A stretch of DNA of 63,991 nt, counting the filler, from Octopus bimaculoides (Eukaryota): NCBI RefSeq assembly GCF_001194135.2. It is 6 parts of 6 records of this genome, joined end to end, with 100 filler letters (N's around TTAATTAATTAA, not from the genome) between each part and the next. Parts side by side here need not be neighbours in the genome. Positions count along the whole stretch, not along the records: positions 37,528 to 58,332 come from NC_068983.1; positions 58,433 to 61,455 come from NC_068984.1; positions 61,556 to 63,991 come from NC_068996.1; 3 more parts are not named here. The stretch is one strand, 5' to 3'. Of the stretch, positions 54,431 to 63,991 are shown in pieces. The notes under the pieces were generated by a model that saw nothing but the letters and a program-made list of their open reading frames with translations, was not told the DNA's origin and searched no databases. Position numbers and translations under genes: made by a program. Positions within the stretch are counted from its first letter, which is position 1. Every line of letters begins with the position of its first letter.

Positions 54431-56329
54431 CAAGCTATTATAAAAGCTTATGACTCCGAAAATGTTGTGAGCTATTTTCTTTCCGTTCTTTATGTACAGT
54501 ATACATAAATGCACACACATACAGGCACACACTCATGCATATAGTTATATATATATCTATACATATATACACGTATATGTGTAAGTGTATGTTGTTATTG
54601 ATGTGTCTTAATGTGTATGTGCGTATGTGTGTGTGAATGTATTTAGATGCAAGTGAATTGATATAGCAAATTTTGCGTATCATGTGTGAAAACCTGAAAT
54701 ATAATGATAGTTATAAATTATCATATACAAACGCTTAGTAAATTTATTATAGATCGTTGAAGAAGCGATCGCAAAGTGATATATTATGTGACAACATTTG
54801 TCCACCACGATATTTCGATACATTAGATCTGAAATATTTATCAATTCACACATTGCGAAACGTGTCTCAAAGTGAAGAAATTCTTACATGGACAACTTGA
54901 TTAATTATCTTATTAAATAACTAATTAATAAAGCAAACAAATACATTCAATGAAGGTGAATACTTACCTTATCCTCTATTTGAAAGCACATAATTTGACG
55001 GTACTTAAGCTACCTATTTATCTAACAGATAAATATCTAATAACTCGTCCGAAGAAACTGTCTCGGAATATGTTATCCACTTTGCAAGCTATTCCCAATT
55101 TCCACTTTCGAACTTATTTCAGCACAACATACATTCACATGTATAATGTATAAATGCACATATGCGTATGGATGCTTAGGCCAGGTTATATTAAATTCAA
55201 TGCAATTTATTAGTTAAATATTAATGATTTATAGTTATTATACTATTTAGAATTAACAAATATTATTTTAATTCAAATAAATGATATGCTAGCAAAATAT
55301 TCTTCACAATCTGGGAATTTAGGGTAATAATTCCCTTTTTAAACATGATTTTTCTCACTGGAAATGAATCAGTAGTTTTCTAATTGTAGGTAACAATACG
55401 CTTTATAGTTTTTAACGTTTGTCGTTTATCACTAATTATTATTGTTGTTGATTTTTTTTTCTTTTAATTTAAGAAATGTGTTTTGAAATGTACTACTATA
55501 ATTCGACCATTGAACGTTGGCTTAATTTCATTTTAGTTCGTAATCTCACGTTCGTATTCTATGTATTCGATGTAGGCATAATGTAAATGCATACATGAAG
55601 GCCAAGATTTAAAGTAACACACAGTTAATCAGACAAAAATGCCTTTTTGTCAATTTCAATGTTTGAAAATATCGATGATTTTCATATCTGTTTATATATA
55701 TATGCAGTGTAATATATGGTTTCATAGATTCATATGGCTATCATCGAAAGATCCTCCGGCTAACAGGCCATATTCTAATCCAGTATGGAGGAGCAAAATA
55801 TAGAGTTACTTACACCTGAAATTCAGAAGATGGAACAGAAGAATTTATTTCAGGAGGAATATATAAAGCATGGAAAGTAAGGTGGTACGAGAGGTTAATA
55901 TATTTATGTAACTACTTGAAATCGTTAGAACTACGATAAATTCACATCCTTCATCATGCCATAATAATTGCAACGTTTAGAAGACCAATACTAGATAAAG
56001 TTATGTATTTTTTCGGATTGTCTTCCATACATTGTATATTTAAAATCTAAATTTCTAAGTCTACTTAGTATTGTTGTAAACATGATACTGAAGTGAACTA
56101 ATTATAATCCTTTATTTTTTTTCACAGAGATTTAAATATAGAATTGTGTAGTATAATACTCAGCCTGCACGTTAAGGAACATTTTAAATTATTTAAAATA
56201 CACTGAAATTATTATTCCATGACAAAGTCTCCGAAGAGGAAGTAATCGTGAAGTTGTCAAGTGATTAAATGTACTCGCCTCTCAAAGCTCCTTTTTCAGG
56301 GCTTACATATATATACATATGTGCATACA

Positions 56330-57400
56330 AACCTATATGGGTCGTTGTCATGTGTTCTGGTTTGGGGCAGATTCCACACATCGAGATTGTAGGGCGTGCC
56401 ATGTGTATGCTTTCTCTGGGTGTGAAAAACGGCCATATACCGTCGGGACGTGGAGTGCATAATGTGGTTCAGAAAAGCCACGCTGAGTAATGTTGCGTCC
56501 TGTTTCACATCAGTTGTTGGCCTTGGGACCACCTGCTTCAGGCGTTTCTCGATTTCATCCCACAGGTTTTCGAATATGGGCTGAGATCAAATCCGGGCTG
56601 ACAGCCAGCCACGACATGGTTCTGATGTTGTGCTAACGCAGGAAGAACATGGTGAACCTGACCGTGTAGGAGGGAGCACTTTCCTGCTGGAACTCGTGGC
56701 TATTGTGACGCGCGAAGAAGGGCACGATGTGAGGTCTTAGGATCTTTTCAAAGCAGTGTTGCGCGGTGGTGCTATCCCTTCTGCTTGCACCAACATTTTA
56801 GAACGCACGTGGTCCAGTTCTCTGATTCAGGCCTGTAGCACCCACAATCCCGATACTTTGGAAACCCACGTGTGACATATGCATCAGTGTTGCTTCACCT
56901 CTTCCACGACACAACCTCGCTCTGCCATTCGAGGAGGAAACATAGTACCGGCTCTCGTCAGAGGAGACTATCAATCTCCATTGTTGATACTGCCAATGTC
57001 AGTGCTGTGTAACCCACTGTAGTCGCGTCTGACGGTGGCGGGTGTTGGGGAGAGGCCATCGAGCAGGGTGACGGCAATGCAGGTTGTTGGCATCCAATTG
57101 TCGTCATACCGTGTTGTCACTGATGGGTCGACGTCTAGGGCCAATGGTCTCATGAGCTGTCACACTGACCGGTCTGAAGCGATCACGGCGATGATGTAGG
57201 TGGAGGAAGCGGTGTGGTCATCCGGGGGCGCCCTATAAGAACACGGTCTGCAGTGCTGTTGCTGTTGTCGTATTGGGGGATGGGTTCTGCTTTGGCCCCG
57301 CAAGCCCCGATCCACCACTGTGAACTTTGAAAATCTTTCTGGACACTCTTAAGCGGAAATATTCACTCTCACCATTCTCGCGACATCCTTCCATCTATTT
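56330..57400 (-). mobile_element. Tc1-family transposase pseudogene
   Basis: Minus strand DVARMVRVNIS (HTH), VSSDESRYYV, ILRPHIVPFF...EFQQESAP (FQQDNARPH-like), DLSP.ENLWDEIEKRL; frameshifted; TIRs not identified. Confidence 0.85.
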
Positions 57401-58250
57401 ATACACGTCCGGTGACAGGCACTCCTCCACTCTCATCTTCATTTTCAGGTGAAAGGTGAGGAACCTCACCAACCCAAGCCTGGAGATGAAAGTGCCTGTC
57501 CTCTTCGCCACTTGGGCACAAGGCTAAACCGGAGCTACCATACCTTGTGAGTTTATCGCGAACCGGTAACGCACCTCGGAAACATTGCCAAGTCCGAGAA
57601 CTCAGGAAGTTATCCAAAGAGCCTGGACGCCGAATGTTCTTCGGAGTATGCTGGTTAACTGATTTTTATCTCCCCCAGGCCGTCGTCTTTCTTCGCTTCT
57701 ACCATCCTTCTATAGAAGAACGAAGCAGAACCCCCGCCGCTCGTATTGCCCGTTCGTGAGAGAAACCGGAGTGCTGACAGGCACTCCATGTACCACTCGT
57801 CGTACATTGGTCTACGTTGGATCCAAGGTTCTAGTTCACTAAATCTAGTTAACGTAGGAAGTAATCATATGAGGAGCGGAGACTACACCAGTTCACCTCC
57901 TACTTAGAGCCACAGATTCCTCAGTCTCAACATTAGTTTGCTCATCGACAACCAAGACATCCTTAGCAAACCTTTTAGCGAGTATTGGCAGCAGACAGAG
58001 CGCTTCACAAGAGGACGTTTAGCGTCCAGAAAAAGCGGAAAAGGAGCCGTTCCAAACTGTTAAGCCATGAAATGGGACAAGGTATGACGGTTAGGGGGTA
58101 GGTAATCACGGAATCGATAAACGCCTCTTTCACCTCCGTCCTCTTATTCAAGGATAACCACCGCTCAGATCAGATCAGAGTAAGGTAAGTCACGCTGATC
58201 GCAATTGTTGCCCCAATTCTTCTCTCTCTGTAGGTCTGATCCGGATCAAA
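57400..58250 (-). mobile_element. Tx1/L1-like LINE fragment, internally deleted
   Basis: WQCFRGALPVRDKLTRYG...CP (L1/Tx1 C-terminal Zn-binding region) and ILAKRFA..V..EQT (RT N-terminal region). Confidence 0.65.
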
Positions 58251-58265
58251 ACTCCTAGCATTTTA

Positions 58266-58304
<39 letters not shown>

Positions 58305-58508
58305 AATGTTAATTCTCTAAATGAAGTATTAANNNNNNNNNNNNNNNNNNNNNNNNNNNNNNNNNNNNNNNNNNNNTTAATTAATTAANNNNNNNNNNNN
58401 NNNNNNNNNNNNNNNNNNNNNNNNNNNNNNNNATATATATATATATATATATATGTTCATGCATGTACATCACACACACACACACATGTACGTATGTACA
58501 TACATACA

Positions 58509-58539
<31 letters not shown>

Positions 58540-58759
58540 GTAGATGCATGTGTACACTAGTTTTTTCTAGGGTTTCATCCATTACAGTTCTCTTTAGGCT
58601 AAAACACCCTGTTGCTTTGAGCTTTTCACTATTTGCTTTCAATTTACTGGGGGTTTTTTAATACACACACCCCTACACAAAGTCTTCTCTCAATTATTCA
58701 ACAGGCAAATAATGAAGAAAAACACTTTAAAAATTAGGATAATTTGGTTTTCAAGAGAA

Positions 58760-59000
58760 AGAATTTGAAATAAATCAAATAATCACTGGAGAACAGAAAG
58801 TTACCAATCATAGTATAGTGTAATTCATAGCTACAACTGTGAAACCTGGTATTCCTCAGGGGGCTGCATTATGTGCTTTGCTGTTTTTGATCTGTATAAA
58901 ACAATTTCCTTGTATACATTAGTTCTAACAATAATCTGTTTACTAATGATTTAAGAATCTGTGTAGTGGCTGTGGTCGGGTGAAAACTTTAAAAGTGACT
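58760..59000 (+). mobile_element. CR1/L2-type RT fragment
   Basis: VKPGIPQGAALCALLFLICI... LFTNDLRI resembles GVPQGSVLGPLLFLIYIND...LFADD. Confidence 0.6.
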
Positions 59001-59400
59001 CAAAACTATGAAAAGAGAGAATTTTTTCTAAAAGGGTACACCCAAATATGTGGATAGCAATAAAATATGATAACATAAAAGCCATGAAAGAAATCCAACA
59101 ATGATAATCTTATGAAATTCATTGTCTGAATGAAAGAAAAAAAAAAACCTATAAAATTTCAGAGCAGATTAAAATATCATTGGGTGCTGTGGGGATGCTA
59201 AGACTTAGTTATACAATAACATATATATGTATGCATTGATATATCAATGCACACATATAGGTTTAATTATAGTACATTAATGGGACTGTTGTTGCAACTC
59301 AAATTTTATAGCTGACAAAACTTTACTATATTTAGCCTTCATTGTTGCTAACACACACATGGTGGCAGGTGACTCGTGACAGAGTATGATCACTTCTTAA

Positions 59401-59622
59401 CCCTTTCATTATAGTATTTATTATGAGATGCTGTGTGTTTCTTTCAATTAATTTTAAATATTACAAAGAATTTAGTAAAATAATTTAGTTATCTTTAAGC
59501 TAGTGTTAGGAACATAAATTGTGACTAAGGTTTGGTGAAAGATTTTAATTCAAAACTTATGAAAACAAGGCACTTGTACTACAGAGCCAGAGGCAGTTTC
59601 AGCCGGATTGGTATTGAAAGGG
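59401..59622. mobile_element. piggyBac-type MITE
   Basis: TTAA|CCCTTTCA...TGAAAGGG|TTAA: TIRs start with CCC, TTAA duplication at 59397-59400 and 59623-59626. Confidence 0.8.
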
Positions 59623-59649
59623 TTAAACCTATTTCACTAAAAGAAACGT

Positions 59650-60825
59650 CTCATGCTCGGTCTCCCCATCGCTGAAGACATCTTATATGGCTCCTAAGGC
59701 TTGAGTAGCCTACATACAAATCATTCCACACCAACCAAAAGTTAACCTTCCAGCAACAGCCTGAACAACTTATTGTTGGGACCTACAATGCACAGCGAGT
59801 TCCCTAGCCAACCCACACACTCTGCTGCATAAAGTGCATGAGAGAACATGCTGGATATCACACGGAAAGAGGAAGCACCTCCATGACCATACTTGTGGCT
59901 GAGTAGACCTGCCTTTGAGAAGCAGACATGACCACACTGGTCACATGAAAGAGACTCTTTCATGCCCTTCTCAGGGAGAGGGTTCACATCCTCCATATAT
60001 TTACCAGCATGTTTCAATTCAATATATACAACCTTGTTGTTTGTGAACTTTTTAACACCAGTAACAATCAAATTCTTCCATCACTTCCTGTCTGATGTAA
60101 GATCTTCCCAGGTGTTAGAATCAATATTGATTTTATTTAAGTGTGTCTTCAAGACTGTCTTTGAATTGTCTGCTTGGTTTGCGCTGAGGATGTTTTACTT
60201 GCTCCAGCTCACCATACAACACCTGTTTTAGCATACAGGTGTTTTCTAAATAGACAGGATGTCCAAACCATCTGAGTTTTCGTTTTTGTCAGCTGCAGTA
60301 CTCTTGTATCAGACACATGAGATGGCCATGAGATTTTCAAGCATCATTCGTGGAATCATTCAAGGCATTAGGCATGCATGTGGTAGGTTGTCCAAGTCTT
60401 ACATTCATACAACAGTGCAATTAAGACACATGATTCTTAGACCTCATCTTTCATTGCTGCTTTGATGTCTAATTTGTAACCTGAGCCTCGGCTCAACTTT
60501 TCCAAATGCATCACGGCCCTTAGAAAGTCTACAACTAATGCTTTCATCAAGTGTATTAAATCTACATAGTGTACCACCAAGGTAGACAAACATATCCAAG
60601 ACGTTTAACTTTGTAGCCTTGATGTACTGTATATCAATGGTAAGAAATATGTCTTGCCTGATGCATGACTATGGTCTTCTAATGACTGATTACAAGTTCA
60701 GATTCTTCACACATGGCTGAAAAGCAGTCCATCAGGAGCTGCAGGTCTTGCTCAGTATGAATTATGAAATCACAACCATCAGCATAAAAGTGATCAAAGA
60801 CGAGAGCCATGAATGTTTTTGTTAC
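59650..60825 (-). mobile_element. RTE-clade LINE 3' portion
   Basis: LLYADGCDFIIHTEQDLQLLMDCFS, LRWFGH...LKQVLYGEL...FKDSL, NTWEDLTSDRK, and terminal CDQCGHVCFSKAGLLSH. Confidence 0.88.
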
Positions 60826-60989
60826 TGCTTACATACACACATACATACAAACATGCATACATATATACATACACACACACACATGCACACACACACACAC
60901 ACACACATGCATATGTATATTTATGTGTGTTTGTTTGTGTGTGTGTGTGTTTGTCTGTGTGTGTGTATGCATGTATTCTATTTTTTATT

Positions 60990-61203
60990 CTTTTATTTGT
61001 TTCAGTCATTTGACTGTGGCCATGCTGGAGTATCGCCTTTAGTTGAACAAACTGACCCCAGAACTTATGCTTTTGTAAGCCTAGTACTTATTCTATCGGT
61101 CTCTTTTGCTGAATTGCTAAGTTATGGAGACATAAACACACCAACATCATTTGTCAAGCAATGGTGGTGGTAGTGGTGGTGGGGGCAAACACAGACACAA
61201 AAA
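60990..61203 (-). mobile_element. SINE 3' half (family of 41371-41706), CpG-decayed
   Basis: GACTGTGGCC and GCTGAATTGCTAAGTTATGGAGACATAAAC versus GACTGCGGCC and GCCGAACCGCTAAGTTACGGGGACGTAAAC in the 28500 copy. Confidence 0.85.
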
Positions 61204-61209
61204 CATATT

Positions 61210-61455
61210 CATCATCATCATCATCGTTTAACGTCCGTTTTCCATGCTAACATGGGTTGGACGGTTTGACCAGGGTCTGGTAAACCAGGTGGTTGCACCA
61301 GGCTCCAGTCTGATCTGGCAGTGTTTCTACAGCTGGATGCCCTTCCTAACACCAACCACTCCATGAATGTAGTGGGTGCTTTTTACGTGCCACCGGCACA
61401 GGGGCCAGAGGAGGCTGGCAACGGCCATGATCGGTTGGTGCTTTTTACGTGCCAT
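61210..61455 (-). mobile_element. SINE with V-domain-like segment and (ATG)n tail
   Basis: Minus strand TGGTTGGTGTTAGGAAGGGCATCCAGCTGTAGAAAC; (CAT)n at 61210-61225; truncated by a gap. Confidence 0.7.
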
Positions 61456-61610
61456 NNNNNNNNNNNNNNNNNNNNNNNNNNNNNNNNNNNNNNNNNNNNT
61501 TAATTAATTAANNNNNNNNNNNNNNNNNNNNNNNNNNNNNNNNNNNNNNNNNNNNAATTATTATTTTAATCTTAAATTTCTAAAATATTAAATAATATTT
61601 TACGCATGTG

Positions 61611-61989
61611 GACGCGCAATGGCCCAATGGTTAGGGCAGCGGACTCGCGGTCATAGGATCGCGGTTTCGATTCCCAGACCGGGCGTTGTGAGTGTGTATT
61701 GAGCGAAAACACCTAAAGCTCCACGAGGCTCCGTTAGGGGATGGTGGCGAACCCTGCTGTACTCTTTCACCACAACTTTCTCTCACTCTTTCTTCCTGTT
61801 TCTGTTGTGCCTGTAATTCAAAAGGTCATCCTTGTCACACTGTGTCACGCTAAATATCCCGGAGAACTATTTTAAGGGTACACGTGTCTGTGGAGTGCTC
61901 AGCCACTTGCACGTTAATTTCACGAGCAGGCTTTTCCGTTGATCGGATCAACTGGAACCCTCGACGTCGTAAGCGACGGAGTGCCAACA
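61611..61989 (+). mobile_element. Full-length tRNA-derived SINE with 14-bp flanking direct repeat
   Basis: A box TGGCCCAATGG (61620-61630), B box GGTTTCGATTCCC (61663-61675); ATTTTACGCATGTG at 61597-61610 and 61990-62003. Confidence 0.93.
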
Positions 61990-62091
61990 ATTTTACGCAT
62001 GTGTATGTATATATAAATATATACACAAACAAATAAATATACATCCGTATTTATTTATATATACGTGTATATATATATACATATATGTGTT

Positions 62092-62126
<35 letters not shown>

Positions 62127-62210
62127 GTGTTTGCGTGTGTGTCTACCGTGTGCAAATACGTATAGAAATAATTACTTGTGTGTCCATAATCTATTATATA
62201 TGTACAGACT

Positions 62211-62587
62211 GTTGTTGTTGACACTCAGTCGCTTACGACGTGGAGGGTTCCAGTTGATCCGATCAACGGAACAGCCTGCTCGTGAAATTAACGTGCAAGT
62301 GGCTGAGCACTCCCCAGAAACATGTACCCTTAACGCAGTTCTCGGGGATATTCAGCATGACAAGGCTGACCCTTTGAATTACAGGCACAACAGAAACAGG
62401 AAGAAGGAGTGAGAGAAAGTTGTGGTGAAAGAGTACAGCAGGGTTCGCCACTATCCCCTGCCGGAGCCTCGTGGCGCTTTAGCTGTTTTCGCTCAATAAA
62501 CACTCACAACGCCCGGTCTGGGAATCGAAACCGCGATCTTATGACCGCGAGTCCGCTGCCCTAACCACTGGGCCATTGCGCCTCCAC
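62211..62587 (-). mobile_element. Full-length tRNA-derived SINE with 10-bp TSD
   Basis: TSD TGTACAGACT at 62201-62210 and 62588-62597; (CAA)n tail; 10-bp internal deletion relative to the other two copies. Confidence 0.93.
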
Positions 62588-63214
62588 TGTACAGACTAAT
62601 ACAAAACTATACATACAAGAAGATGCTACGTACAAGAAAAATTACAAAACACCTTTCATGCATGTGTATTGTCATACACTACAAACATGACCCACATAAA
62701 CACAAAAGTATACACAAATATATATATCATTATAAACCACGTAAGTTCCGATATAGTACCAGTTTACAGATTACTAAATGATAGCCGGCATGAGGTTAGT
62801 AATAATGGTTATATAAAAGTAAATTAATATGATATAATAAAATTTATTTTAATAGGAACAATTGAGTAATATATATTTATAATAAAATAATAATTAGAAT
62901 TTTCCTGATGTTAACATTTCTGTATTAAATAAGAAAACAAACTAAACAGTTATTTATCTTCCTTAATTTAGGGAAATGATATCTTTAATCTTATAAATAA
63001 TATTAATCTTAATTATAAAAATAATATTGATAAGAATATGATAAAAAAATAATCATGGACTAGAAGGGAAAAGTGGGTAATATATGGATAGGATAGTTTA
63101 GTAGATATTGCGTGTATATTCTACGTATGTAAGCGTATGTATGTATGTATGTATGCATGTACGTATGTATGTACGTAGGTATGTGTGTACGTATGTATGT
63201 ATGTATGTATGTAC

Positions 63215-63245
<31 letters not shown>

Positions 63246-63950
63246 TATTTCATGTATATTAGTTAAGATTTACCGGTTAGTGCAGTGTGAGAGATTAAAG
63301 TGTCTGTACTTCTATAGATTCTATGAATGCAAAATGGAGTCCATTTAGTTATACTAATCAAAAGGATATTTTTGGCGATTGTTACATCCATGCTTTCATG
63401 AAGGCACAAATTACATGTTTTTTTGTTTTTTATAATTTTCAGATTAGGATTTGAGTATATTCCACTAGATATTGTAAAGAATGGAATTCCTTTTTACGTT
63501 GTAAATATATTCAGATTATGATGTTCGGGTAGCCCTGTTAGACTGTCTAAATGAATACGTTTGATAATTATATCTGAATTTGAATGGACGTGGAGTTAGG
63601 CCGAAATCGGCTCTGGATGAAGTGTTAGTATCCACTGTACACATAGGTTATCTTCTTATCAAAAAAGTACTTGTTAAATGGAAAAATTATTCATATCAGT
63701 GAAATCACAGTTGTAACTTGAAGGGTTTTCATTAGTTACATTTAGTTTGTAAGTATGAGAAACGTTGATATGTTTCAAATTAGGAGTGGGCGAATAAGAA
63801 ATTTTTGCAATGTTCTTATTGAGCATTTTGAAGTATCTATGACTCAGAGCTAAGTGTTTTCTGAAACGGGTCGAAAAGATATTTTCCTATAGGTGTAGCT
63901 ACATCGATATTCTATGGACATGTGTGCATGTGTATATTAGTGTATATGTA

Positions 63951-63991
<41 letters not shown>

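Noticed and set aside
55728-55878. Exon-like stretch between TTTCATAG and GTAAGG, plus a minus-strand GTAAGT at 55809-55814
   Set aside because: All three plus frames contain stops, as do the minus frames of the corresponding candidate exon; no recognisable peptide.
61611-61690. tRNA-Arg-like sequence (also at 45940-46017 and 62510-62587)
   Set aside because: A and B boxes are present but there is no acceptor-stem pairing, and each continues into a shared SINE body with TSDs; these are SINE heads, not tRNA genes.

Overview
A 64-kb window of AT-rich eukaryotic DNA with many assembly gaps and dense microsatellites ((AT)n, (AC)n, (AG)n, (ATT)n, (CTT)n, (AGAT)n, (TACA)n). The SINE families and composition resemble an Octopus (coleoid cephalopod) genome; this is inferred from pattern recognition, not a search. 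No intact protein-coding gene is supportable: almost all long ORFs in the track are gap or microsatellite artefacts. The recognisable content is a layered record of transposons. It includes three full-length tRNA-derived SINEs with TSDs, other SINE families, several R4/Dong-like (RLE) LINE fragments, and RTE, Tx1/L1-like and CR1/L2-like LINE fragments. It also holds a Tc1 transposase fossil, two Helitrons with canonical ends, a TTAA piggyBac-type MITE and a decayed rve integrase. The most interesting structures are an inverted SINE pair (potential ~370-bp dsRNA), a pile-up of same-family Dong-like copies at (TAA)n, CpG-decayed segments bounded by synthetic TTAATTAATTAA gap linkers, a YY1+ZNF143+splice-donor promoter-like site, and decayed hammerhead-like motifs. 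All translations and alignments were done by eye. I found nothing that I can support as a wholly new biological system.
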